A stretch of 64,000 nt of DNA, taken from assembly GCF_009914755.1 (NCBI RefSeq), contig NC_060942.1. One strand, written 5' to 3'. Below are positions 48,080 to 61,228 of the stretch, piece by piece. Positions within the stretch are counted from its first letter, which is position 1; each line of letters starts with the position of its first letter. A model generated the notes under the pieces. It saw only the letters and a program-made list of their open reading frames with translations. It had not been told where the DNA came from and ran no database searches. Made by a program: the position numbers and the translations under genes. The stretch is from the human T2T-CHM13v2.0 reference genome, Homo sapiens.

Positions 48080-50140
48080 GTAAGAGAAATGTTTCTGTAC
48101 GTTATTATCTCAGCTGTGCTTGTTGTCAAAGGGGACAATAAATAAGAGTAAACTGTGGCATTTGGACAGGTTGCATAATGAACCAAATGAAGGGGCAACT
48201 TATTATTTAATTGAGTATGACTTTTGCTGACCCCTTGATAAATACATTAGCATACTTGGATGCCATTGATAGTGTGCATTTAAAAATCTTTGAGGCAGGC
48301 TGACTTGATTTCAGATCTTTGTTTAGTAAAATGGAACTCCGTTGATATTTTCTACTTACTAATCTTCATTCAAAACACAAGCTAGTCATGCATGCTGTGG
48401 CCTCTGTGTATTGACACACTTCTTAGCTCCTTAGAAGATCTTAACTTACTATGCTAGCCTTATTAATTGCTATGTGTTGGAGACAATTTCTTTCTTTTTC
48501 TGCCTCTCAGTTTCCTCTTATAGCTTTAAAATTAGTCTCCTAAGTAATATGTGTATTCTGTACATGCAGGTAAAATATAATGGTTTATGTTTATGTGAAC
48601 ATTCTGAAATTCCTACTATTTTTAGGAATGAGCATATGTGAAATTCACAAAGTTGTAGGGCAGAGAGTAAGAGTAAAAGAATAGCTCTGATTTAGGGAAA
48701 GAGAGGTAGGTGCTAGATAAGTGGTCATGAGAGAAGAGTCTTGTGAAAGGGGAAGAATGTACACAGGGTATGGTACATACTGTAAGATACTGGTGTCTTA
48801 GCCACCCTTGGAGATGTATTTCCCCCAAAAGGACAGAACCAGACCCTCCGTCTGTTGCAGTCCTTCAGTGTCAGTATCCCTTCAGATAAGATAAGATGTG
48901 TTCCCTTCCACACGTATCCCAAATAGAGTTGTCTCTTCTGGAAATCCCTCTTCTCAACCTCAAAGGGCTACAGTGACAGATATCCTTCTTTTCTTCGTTT
49001 CTGTCATAACAACTTCCAGATGACACAACTCATTTGCTTGAAGAAGATTTTTTTTTTCCAAGACACAGCCAACATTCCCTTACCACGTGAGTGGGCTGTT
49101 TTGGGGGTCCATATGCATCTTTGATAAAATTCTGGGTGACTTGGGACTTCTGCCTTCCATAAGTTCTGCTTCCCTGAAATGGGCTAAGCAACATTAATTA
49201 GACTAGCTGTAAAATATCCAGAATATTGGTTTCCCTAACAAGTATTGATTCCTGGGTGAATGTGGAAGACACTGACAATTTCACAGAAGAATTTTCTCTG
49301 CCCTTACAGAATGTTCAATGTAGTGAGGAATACCAACATATTAAATGAACCAAAATCTATAAATCCATCCATACACACCTCTGCACATGAAAAGACAATC
49401 ACCCAGATGTAGAGGGAATTGTCAATAAAACTAGTTAAATATATGGTTAACATAGAAACTCCATTGTGAAAGATCTCTGCAAACAGAAAGGTAGAATTTT
49501 GGAAAATGAATGAGGAAAGCCCGTGCACTTTGGCACTACATTAATACTATAGTTAAAACTCTGTCTTGCCAAGAAACAAAGTTCATTTGATATTTAGCAT
49601 GTCTATTGGCAAGACAGAGTTTTAATATTATTGATTAGAATTTGAATTATTCTAATTCAAACTATCATTAATACAAAGTTCATTTGAATTAACTATAATT
49701 ATGTATTGCCAATGATTTTTGAGAAAAACCTGAACCTGAAGTATTCTTTCTTGGTACTATGAGTTCAATGCTTGAAGAGCTGTAAGATCCAACTGTGAAG
49801 TGAGGCGAACATCATCACTCACCCTGCAAGACTCAAGATTCTGAATAATACACATATAGTACTGGCACATACATGAACCCTGTAAGTTGGCCATTTCCTT
49901 TACAAAGAAATTCTCACACAGCTGTGTAAGGGAGTAGGTGTGCTGATATTCATCATGGCACTGTTTGTGGTGGCATGAGGAAGGAAACCATTTGGGCATC
50001 TGCCATCGGCAAATGAATGGGCAAATTAATATGGTGGAAGCAGAAGAATGCAACAGTTAGAAGGTACGGACTATATTCCCAGAATAACATGGATGAATCT
50101 TAAAAATATAGTACTAGGTGAAAAGTATGTGAAAACTTGT

Positions 50141-50418
50141 ATTTTTTTGTTTTTCTTTGTTTTGTTTTGAGACAGGGTCTTACTCTGTCTCCCAGCCTGG
50201 AGTACAGTGGTGCAGTCACTGCTCACAGCAGCCTTGACCTCCTGGGCTGAAGCAATCCTCCCACCTTAGCCTCCTGAGTAGCTGAGACTGCAAGTGTGTG
50301 CCACTGTGACTGGCTATGTTTTTAATTTTTTTGTAGAGACGGGGTTTTCGCCACGTTGCCCAGGCTGGCTTCAAACTCCTGGGCTCAAGGGATCCACCTG
50401 CCTCCGCCTCCCAAAGCT
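50141..50418 (-). mobile_element. AluJ-like element
   Basis: gctcacagcagccttgacctcctggg AluJ signature; 5' end clipped. Confidence 0.9.
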
Positions 50419-51754
50419 GATGTTAAGTATTATCTAACATAACTTCATTTATGAAAATTTAAAAATGCGTAAGATAAAGAAATCAATGTTTTACAGGAGC
50501 ACATATACATAAAAGAATATGCTTTAAACAAATTATAAGTGGTGTCTATGGTGGTGGAGAAGAAAGGAAATGAACTGGGTCAAAGGCCATAAGTAAAGAA
50601 GAGAATGGCCTTCTAATCCAGTCATGGCTTATGCCAAGAACCAGAGCATGTGATGACCTCAACCTTGTGTACTTGTGGTTATAAAAGAAGAAACAATCAA
50701 ATAAACAGACTAATAAAAGTGTCTGGCACACAATAAGTGGCCTATCAGTGTATTCCAAACTCTTTTCTTAGGTGCTCTAGTAACTGCAGGGCTACAATAG
50801 TTATGATATGTGAATAGGCGATTTTATAACAACAACAGGACATAAATTTAAGATAAATAAATTCACGTTACTTTCCAGAATGCAACTCCACTAGCTTACT
50901 TAATTCACTAAAATGCAGAACATAGTGTGAAGAGCAACTGACTTGGATATACTTCACGATTGGAAGTGCTTTCATTATTAAAGTAACTAAACAAAGGGCT
51001 GTCAAAGACACTGTTATTACCACACATAATACAGAGAGCTGTATTAAAATCACCTTAAAGGAAAACATCCTGTCAAAGGTACAGAATTGTATTTTAGCAA
51101 AATAAGATGAGTAAAACCCTTCTGTTATATTTTTTAAAAACTGTCAAGAGCAAAGAAAACTGTGGTCCAGGCTTGGTGCTGTATAACTACTGGGTCCTAT
51201 TACACTGTGCTGGGCTTTCTGAGAACTGGAATGCACAGCATCTACTCCTTAATGATTATTTTAGGGCAACTGGTTTTGATTACAGGATTTGTGAATTTTC
51301 CTATATAAATGTCATGGGTCATTATTTTGAAAGTCCACAAGTGACATATATTCCCTTTTGGTCTGTCTCTGCCTGATAAAAGATTAAAAGCATGACATAA
51401 ATGCCTAAATTGATGACAAACAAGGACATATCCCAGTGAACACATCTCCAGAAAGCTCAGCTCAGATACGTACTGACTGGAAATAAGATACATTAGTAAC
51501 TAGGATAAATATGTATTGGCAGGGGTATGTATTGGCCTTTGTCACAGTGTCCTATAGCCTATATGCTTAGACTTGGATTCTAAAAGAGGGCAAAGCTGTA
51601 ATCTAGAAGATAGGAGGTAAAAGAATCAAATATTTCTGTATTCCAGGTGGACTAAACAAGGGAATAATGTAACTATGCTACAGAAAGGTGAATGTGGAGT
51701 AAGTGGACTAACTGGCCCTAGTGAACAAGGGTGTATAGAAAAACCCTTGAAGTG

Positions 51755-52200
51755 AGTTAGAATTCTTTTAGCTGCAAGTAACAGAAGACTCAACTAAAAT
51801 GGCTTAAACAATAAGCAAAAATTATTATTTCTCATGAAAAGAAATCTCAAGCTAGGGCAGATCCAGGATTGGGTAATGAATTCACTCAATGGTGTGTTAT
51901 CGAGGACGCAAGTTCTGCCTGTCCTTCTTCTCTGAAATCCTGGGTTATCCTCTTAGACTAGCTACCTCACGGACACAAAATAGCAGCTGCAGTAGTAGAC
52001 ACATGCAGATAACCCAAGTGTTAGAGGAAGAAGAGGGCTGGTTTCCTCTTGTGGATCTCTTCTTATTAGAAGCCTTTTCTAGAAGCCTTCCAGCAACCTC
52101 TCCTGTCTTTCTCGTAAGAATTATGACACTTTCTGACTCCTACACTAGAAACTTGGGACATAGAATTTCCTCAATTGGCTTAGACTAATCCAGGCTTGCT
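51755..52200. mobile_element. Old MLT1-type MaLR LTR remnant
   Basis: gctgcaagtaacagaagactcaactaaaatggcttaaacaataag signature; ends approximate. Confidence 0.55.
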
Positions 52201-52809
52201 CTTGGGGCCTGAGAAGGGTGAAGCCTCCTCTGAAGCACATGACTCCATGAAATCTGCATTAAAGCAAGTTCTCTTAGCCCAAAACAAGGGAGTGAAAGGG
52301 AAGGGCTGAATGGTGGGCAACCAACATTTTTTAACATGCTGTCTGGGGAGAGAGAAGAAGAGAAGGAGAGAGATTTAGAAATTGATTATCAGAAAGATGA
52401 TATGAACTTCTGACTAGGTGACATGAAGACCCAACTCCATCATGAGCTATGTGGGGTGTGATCTCTGATTTCTCATCAAGGGGCATGCAAGGCTTCTAAG
52501 GCCACAGTCCTGCCCATCTTCAATCCCACTGCCCACCACTTTTGGACTCTTATTTCATGCATTTGTAATATAAAATTTATCTTTCAGGTGTTTGAGTCTC
52601 TGCTCATGCTATTCCTTCTGATAGGAGTGCTCTTCTTACATGTATATACCTAGGTGATGCTTATTTCATTCTTCTAGAAGCAGCAGGGATATTATCTCCT
52701 CCAGGAAGGCTAACTATAATTCTCAGTTTGGTTCTGTGTCTCTCCTCTCTACTTGATTATGTGCATACCAGCATATCACACAGTACTTATTGGATTGAAA
52801 TTCTCTTCT

Positions 52810-54050
52810 TCATTTCTTCCTTCTGCAAACATGTACTGGGTCACTACTCTATGGATAGAGCTTGTCTAGATGCTGGAATAAAACATAAAAACAAAACAAA
52901 GACCTTGGTGTAATGTACTATACAGGGAAGGGAATCAGATAATAAATACATATGTAGTAAGCCAGGTGGTGGTATGTGCTATGGTAATGGAATGGAGGGA
53001 TGTGGGCTGAGATTTCAAACAGAATTAATGGTCAGGGAGAGCCTTAGTAATGAGATGCTATCGGAACAGAGATGATTAAACTGCTGGAATGAGCCATTCA
53101 AATATCTCCAGGAAGAACTTCATGGAAGAGGAATAGAAAGTGCAAATGCCCTGAGGTTGAATGTACTTGTTATGTTGAAGGTATGCAAGGAGGTTACATG
53201 GCTAAATTGGAGTGAGCTTGGGGGAGAGTGGTAGGAGATTAGGTCTGACAGGTGGCCAGGGCCAGATCACAGAGGGTCTTGCTGGTCACAGTAAGGACTT
53301 TGTCTTCTTCTCTGAGTAAAAGGGAAGACAGTGGAGTTTTTGAGCAGAGGAGTACCTAACCAACTGATATTTAAAAAATACTAGTCTATCAAAGATATTA
53401 TGGAGGAGGATAAAGACTGGAGTAGAAAGAAGATAGGAGATTATTTCAGTAATTCAGGAGCACCGTTCATGCTGTTAAAACTGGGGAGCATGAGAAATGT
53501 GCAGATGGGGAATATTTCCAAAGACGGGGAAAACAGGATTTTTTCATTGATTGACTAAGAGTGAGAATAAGAATAAGAACGAGAAAGTACTTAAGGATGA
53601 TCACAAGGTTTTTAGCTTGAGAAAGAATAGAAGAATGGAATTGCCATTTACAGAGGTAAAGAAGGCTGTGAGGGACACAGGCTGGAGAGAGGGGTTAGAA
53701 AATCAAGCATTTGCTTTTGGACATGTTAAGTTTGAGATATATATTAGACATCCAAGTGGGGATGTTGAGTAAGCAGTTGGATATGTGGGTTTGGAATTCA
53801 AGGTCAGCATAAATGTGGGAGCTAATAGCATATTGGTGACATTGGAGGAATGAGGTTGGATGAGATCACCCAGGGTATGACTGTTCATAGAGAAGAGGCT
53901 CAAGATCTGAATTCTGTTTTATTGTGATGTCTAGAGGTTGAGAATTGAGAACGATTCTGCAGAAGAGACTGAGAAGGAGCAGTCAAGGAGGCAGGCCGTG
54001 AACTGAGAGAGAATGATGACTCAGAAGTTAAAGGAAGGAAGTGTTTGATG
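52810..54050 (-). mobile_element. L2 fragment
   Basis: ttttggacatgttaagtttgagat...agacatccaagtgg and ggatgagatcacccaggg L2 motifs. Confidence 0.75.
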
Positions 54051-54405
54051 GCAATGAGGCTCCTGAAGAATGACGTCTCCCTGAGATCAGAAACTATTCT
54101 TGATTGTTTTTATATCCATAGCCCTCTACAGTTAGCGGTGCTCAAACAATGTTTGTGGAACTGAATAGAATGAACTCTTCTTTCCTGACATATTCTTGTC
54201 CTAAGATAACACATATTCCAGCATCATCTTTTCTTCTCTTGGATTTTCCTTTTCCATTTCTATTTTCATAAACATGATGGCTGTGGCCTCCAGGCTGAGA
54301 TCTCTGACCACTTTCTTATGGCAGGTCCTACTTGTTAGTATTGTCTTATTTCATGGAGGGATACAGGGAATGAGGTCCCACTGAGGAGATAAAAATGTGC
54401 TGGAA

Positions 54406-54976
<571 letters not shown>

Positions 54977-55269
54977 CTATTATAGATTATTTAAAAATAT
55001 ACACAAATGATAGTAAGATAGATTTTAACCATTGGCTGAAGGAATAGTAAATCTTCTGTTCATTGGAATGTAAAACTAATGTGAATTCCCCTGTCTAGCA
55101 TTTACTCATTTCTCAGAAATTGTGATAAGGGTATGTAGTTTTTCATGAAGCAGTGTGCCCTGATACTTAAACTCATGAAATACAATAACTGAACTCCAGA
55201 TACTATCTGTAACTTCAAGTGATGTTCTGAGAATTTTTTCCCTTCTGTTCTCAGGCAGTCGGCATAAAA

Positions 55270-55437
55270 ATGGGTTCTCTCAGCACAGCTAACGTTGAAT
55301 TTTGCCTTGATGTGTTCAAAGAGCTGAACAGTAACAACATAGGAGATAACATCTTCTTTTCTTCGCTGAGTCTGCTTTATGCTCTAAGCATGGTCCTCCT
55401 TGGTGCCAGGGGAGAGACTGCAGAGCAATTGGAGAAG
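55270..55437 (+). CDS. SERPINB11: SERPINB11 first coding exon (aa 1-56); exon starts at 55255
   Basis: Acceptor TTCTCAG|GCAGTC; AAAATGG start; MGSLSTANVEFCLDVFKELN...GARGETAEQLEK|GTATG. Confidence 0.96.
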
Positions 55438-56410
55438 GTATGGAATTCCTCAGAGGTTTGTTCAGAACCCAGAAGTCTTTCATGCTCCCGCTCTGGGTCA
55501 GCAAAATTAATTCTATCTTTATACCAATAAAATTGCCATCTTGAGAGAGAAAAAACACATTGAATAAATCATATTTCTTAAAAATTGATAATGGTTTGAT
55601 TAATGGAGTATGCTGTAATGCAAACAATGTAATACAAGCAACGTGTGGTCTCTTTTTTACTATCAGTGGTATCACAAATAAATCTCTGCAGTTTACTTTT
55701 AGAGTCCCTTCATTCAGTGATTTAAATGTGATAAAGGTACTATTATTGTCCTCTAGAAGGTTAAATTTATAATAAACATAATGCTATTTTAGACATTACC
55801 AAGTTAAAAAATTTTCATGATTATGTTTGAACTTCATAACAGTTAGGAATTGTTATCCACACTTTATGGATTGAAAACTGAGACTCAGAAAGGAAAGGTG
55901 ACTTTTCAGGTTATATAGGCTAACGTTAGAGATTTTCCCATTACGTATATTTTAATTGCAGTGGAAAGTCTAGAAGAATATCACTTAACAACTCTTAGGA
56001 TACTTGCAAATCTTATTATTGTTCGTGCTGGGAAACCATGTAAGGTCTTACACAGCCCCAGATGGGTACTGTCTTAGTTAACAGCCTAAGCACAGTAGGG
56101 ACAGAAGTGTCCAGGGGATAAGAGATTAGTCCCTGGAACCTGACAATGGTCTGAGGCAAGCTGCTTGATCTCTCTTAAACTTATAGTTTCCCTAACATAA
56201 AATGAGGGTAATAGTATCTACTCATAAAGTTGTTGGGAAGGTTAAATAAGATATGTAAAGACTTAGTTCAGGACTTGGAACACATTATTAAATGTTAGCT
56301 ATCACTACTGATCTTGATCTAAAATAGAAAAATAGATACTTACAACTGTCAACCTTTATAGACTGTACATTGCTTCTGATGCCAAAAGATCCCTTTTTTT
56401 TCTTTTCTAG

Positions 56411-56470
56411 GTGCTTCATTTTAGTCATACTGTAGACTCATTAAAACCAGGGTTCAAGGACTCACCTAAG
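56411..56470 (+). CDS. SERPINB11: SERPINB11 exon 3 (aa 57-76)
   Basis: TTCTAG|GTGCTT...CCTAAG|GTATG; VLHFSHTVDSLKPGFKDSPK. Confidence 0.95.
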
Positions 56471-57640
56471 GTATGATAATATTACTGAGTTGTCAAATGC
56501 TCTTTAACCTAAGAGAAGGATGAAATAATAGTCTGGGTGTTGAGTAGAAAAGCTCCTTCTTTTGCCCATGAGGGAACCAGCTATGTGTCCCCCTTTAACC
56601 TTCCTGATGATAACTACAGCCTGTAGAGTTTAATATAATAATGATAATAATAACAATAGTAAAGTTTCTTAGATTTTATTACCTGCTTTATTGCCATCTT
56701 TACTCAAACTTTTTTGTTCCTTTATGGACGGTGCCCTGTGTTGAGTTTGCCAGTTTTGTCTATGTGGTGTTAGACTTTTCTGTCTAGAGTGGGGACTGAG
56801 AAAGGACCCTGATGCTTGGCATATAATTATGTACTGGGAAAACATGGCCTAATATTGCCCAATCCACATGCTCTGGGACTATGGTCTCTAGTTTTTTCCA
56901 GTAGAAGGATTCATTTTGACATCAAAATTATATAGAACTCCTACATGAAAATAGTTCTGTTTGATTACGATTGGTTGAGAAAATACATAAATGCATATAG
57001 ACTCACAGAATACCAGCTTCACGGAACCCAACTTACTACTAAAAGTTCAAAGTCCATAGTTTAGGAACCATTTGCTTTAGGGAATGCTTTAGGGAATATA
57101 GGAATATTGCCTATAATGTCCATAAATTCTTAGCCATCTTTCAAATGCAACAAAGCTGCAGCTTAGCAGAATTGCTACCACTGAGAAGCAAATTAGTGTG
57201 TGAAGTCAGTTCAGTGAAGGGCTGAGGTATTTGATTAAATGACCACATGAAAAATGGAGATGTAGAAAAAAGTGTGAAAGAAAAGAGAAACGATTCTGTA
57301 AGTACAAAGGCAGCAATAACACTGGAATTATTGCCCTGAATACCCCACTAGGATCTCTTTATTTATGAAAACTGCCTTTGAATTAAATCATTAGGACCAA
57401 CAAGTACACATGTATTATGCAGTAACTTACAATTCTGCACACAGACTGCAACTAAAGTTACAGAGTGGTGAAATTAATGTGCTAGCAAAAATCCAAGGAA
57501 GAAAATGCTTTAAACTAATTTCCTTGTATTCACAGCCCTTTTATTCAGAGGCAAACACCTTGCTCTCTAGATAGTTATCATTCTCCAATGGCAAAAATCA
57601 AGCAATTTAATACATCATTCTTTGTTTACTGATGCTTCAG

Positions 57641-57769
57641 TGCAGCCAAGCTGGAAGAATTCATTCCGAGTTTGGTGTCTAATTCTCTCAAATCAACCAG
57701 CCAGACTCTAACTGTACCCTCAGCATTGCCAACAGGCTCTACGGGACAAAGACGATGGCATTTCATCAG
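57641..57769 (+). CDS. SERPINB11: SERPINB11 exon 4 (codons 77-119) with premature TAA at 57680-57682
   Basis: CTTCAG|TGC...CATCAG|GTAAG; CSQAGRIHSEFGV*FSQINQPDSNCTLSIANRLYGTKTMAFHQ. Confidence 0.95.
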
Positions 57770-59109
57770 GTAAGTCCATTTGGAAGAGTGATCAACAACT
57801 TTCTTGGCGTCCTCTGAATTTCATACCCCAAAATTGATGAAGAGTGAGAAGAGTCACATGACATTTATCATTAAGAGATTGACTTTGTGCTAACTTACAG
57901 TTTCAGTGAAATGGATTTATTGAAACTCTCATGTAAAGTTCCCAAATATCACATAAAAATGACTTCTTCAAGATCCCTAATGCTGTCTAAGAACCAAGGT
58001 CAGGGATGAAGCACAAAACAAAGTAGGTAAGAATCATCCCTGTGGACCAGAAGAAAAACAAAATCAATTTTTCATATCTTTTTCAGAGGTTCTTAATAGT
58101 GGAGTATCAAGAAGTAGTTGAAATTACATTGGACTGTGAGCCAAGAGACAGGAGTTCTGTTTCCATTTAGAATATATAACTTTGGGCAAGTCACTTCTGT
58201 CTTTAAAATGAGAGGATTAGGCTTAGTTCTTTGTAGCTCCAATATTCTAACACCATTTATGCCCTTTCCCAACACCATGGTCCTATGTAGTTTTATTGAG
58301 TATTTACTCTGTGCCAGTCATTCTGCTTAGCTCATTACAAGCATTATCTCCTATAATCCTCACACTGTGCTAAGATATGGGTATAAAATTTCCATTAATT
58401 CTACAGACTGTGAAGCAGATTCTGAAAAGTCAGGCTGATAAGGGTCACAGACATATTTAAATGGCAAAACCTGGATTTAACCCCTATGCAAATCTGTCTT
58501 CCTGGTTTTAATTGCTACATCATCTTGTGATTGAGGTGAAATGCAAGCTTTTGTTTGACCAGGGTTATTTAAATGCTATCTGGGTGAAGCTGGATGAAAA
58601 CATGAGTTTCTAATGTTCTTCCCTGGCCTGGTAGATCAGGTTATGTCTTGGATAACCTATGTGATGAGCTTCTGATAGTCAGAATATTTGCAACTTGGGG
58701 TAGGTATTATAGACATTCAGAGAGTATTTTCTTTTACTGCCCTGGAAGCATATAGGGAACGATGTATGGAGAGTGTCTAGAGTGGCAGGGATTAACAATC
58801 ACGGTCCTTTGAGCTGGTATGCCCGCTCTCTTGACTTTGCCTTCTCAAAACAGTGACCCAGATATAACAGTAGACAAATGTGGATTTGGGATGATCATGA
58901 TGACATCTGTTCCAGAAGTGAGAAGGTCCTCATTAGCATCATGAAGATTGTCTTGAACTATGTCATGAGAGGGACCTTGTTATTTCAGGATTCTGGCTGG
59001 GAAAAAGTCCATCTCCTGGGCTATGGAGAGTTACTTAAGGTTGTTTCAACCACAATTGGATCCAGCTCAGGACAAGATTCATTCTGAGGCCCAGATTTTG
59101 CTCATAGTA

Positions 59110-60174
59110 TATTGGGGGAACCCGCCCTGATAATTCAATGTAGGTTCTTTTCTGTTTTCCCTATGTGTCGGCTGGTCTGAGAAATAAAGGGAAAGAGTAC
59201 AACAGAGAGAAATTTTAAAGCTGGGTGCCCGGGAGAGACATCACATGTCGGCAGGTTCCATGAAGCCCCCCAAGCCGCAAAACCAGCAATTTTTTATTAG
59301 TGATTTTCAAAGGGGAGGGAGTGTACGAATAGGGTGTGGGTCACAGAGATCACATGCTTCACAAGGCAATAAAATATCACAAGGCAAATGGGGGCAGAGC
59401 ATCGGGGCAAAATTAAAATTGCTAATGAAGTTTCGGGCATGCATTGTCATTGATAATATCTTATCAGGAGGCAGGGTTTGAGAGCAGACAACCGGTCTGA
59501 CTAAAATTTACTAGTCAGGAATTTCCTCGTCCTGATAGGCCTGGGAGTGCTACGGGAGACCGGGGCTTATTTCATCCCTTATCTACAACTGTATAAGACA
59601 GGCATTCCCAGAGCAGCCATTTCAGAGACCTCCCCCTAGGAACGCATTCTCTTTCTCAGGGCTGTTCCTTGCTGAGAAAAAGAATTCAACGATATTTCTC
59701 CTATTTGTTTTTGAAAAGAGAAATATGGCTCTGTTCTGCCTGGCTCTCAGGCAGCCAGATCTAATGGTTATCTCCCTAGTTCCCTGAACATCGCTGTTAT
59801 CCTGTTCTTTTTTCAAGTTGCCCAGATTTCATATTGTTTAAACACACATGCTTTACGAACAATTTGTGCAGTTAACGCAATCATCACAGGGTCCTGAGGT
59901 GATATACATCCTCAGCTTACGAAGATGATGGGATTAAGAGATTAAAGAAGACAGGCATAGAAAATCACAAGAGTATTGATTAGGGAAGTGATAAATGTCC
60001 ATGAAATCTTCACAATTTATGTTCAGAGATTGCAATAAAGACAGGTGTAAGAAATTATAAAAGTATTAATTTGAGGAACTAATAAATGCCCATGAATTCT
60101 TCACAATTTATGTTCTTCTGTCACGGCTTCAGCAGGTCAGTCCCTCCGTTCGGGGTCCCTGACTTCCCCCAACA
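59110..60174 (-). mobile_element. MER11 solo LTR (HML-8), antisense in SERPINB11 intron 4
   Basis: Reverse complement starts TGTTGGGGGAAGTCAGGGACCCC and ends TTCCCCCAATA; homologous to 10363-11475. Confidence 0.92.
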
Positions 60175-61110
60175 TTAGTTAAGCTTTGTTTTTCTTCTAC
60201 GCTAGGCACATCTTCCATATTTCAAAGTCTTGTATTGTTCTATTCAGTTCATGTTGGGGCATTGAGTCCCACTGGGCTGTGGAGGTATGCTCCTTAGGTC
60301 TCAGGAATTGCATCATGGTAAACTCATTTGGGTCCATGTAGATATCACTGTTGTCTTGGCAGAAAGACAACGGAAAGTCTCCAGTTCTATAGAAATCTAG
60401 GGCCATGGGTGGTCATAAATTGTTGCTCCAGAATGCTACACAGGAGGGCCTCCGGAGTAAAAATTTTTGGTTAAAAGAAAGGGTAAGTTCTTTATACTGA
60501 GTTTGCACACCACTTTCACTTAGATAATATGTTATAGGTGAACGAAATAATAAATTCTTAAGATATTTTTGTTCACACTTTACATAAATTTGACAGAAAT
60601 GCCAACTATCTACATCACAGAATGTTTTTATTATTAATTATATTTATGGCAGCTTGTGAGGAGATTGATATATATCATGGGAGCAACCTTCTGTTAGACC
60701 TCAGAAAAGCAAGTCACTTAACCACTCTGCTTCTCAGTTTTCCTGTCTATAATCTGAGAGCAGTAACTTCCATGTCTACTTTGAAGAGGAAAGAGTAGGA
60801 ATAGAGTCAGAAGGTGCTCATGTATTGCAATTTGTCATTTTGCTTTGAACACTTTAAAACTAAGAAAGCCAATCATATGACAGAAGTAACAACAAAACAT
60901 TTCTGAACATTCCTTTTGGAAGGGTTTCAGATTTTGTTAAATTTATTTGTTTTATTAAAAATAAGTACATATGGATCCTGTTTCCTCTCAGACTTGTTTA
61001 TGGGAACTGCTTTTTTCTCTGCCTTAGAATTTTAGAATACATTGAGCTGTAGATTTTTGTTTTCCTTACACTGCTTTTGAATTGTTGTTCAATTATCATG
61101 TCTTTCATAG

Positions 61111-61228
61111 CAATATTTAAGCTGTTCTGAGAAATGGTATCAAGCCAGGTTGCAAACTGTGGATTTTGAACAGTCTACAGAAGAAACGAGGAAAACGATT
61201 AATGCTTGGGTTGAAAATAAAACTAATG
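61111..61228 (+). CDS. SERPINB11: SERPINB11 exon 5 (from codon 120, 118 nt)
   Basis: TCATAG|CAATAT...ACTAATG|GTAAG; QYLSCSEKWYQARLQTVDFEQSTEETRKTINAWVENKTN. Confidence 0.96.

Larger units (their letters stand above)
55270..61228 (+). pseudogene. SERPINB11: SERPINB11, 5' part of the coding region, nonsense (X90) allele of a polymorphic pseudogene; the rest lies beyond the window
   Basis: Four coding exons of 168, 60, 129 and 118 nt with the same phases as SERPINB3; TAA at codon 90. Confidence 0.9.
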
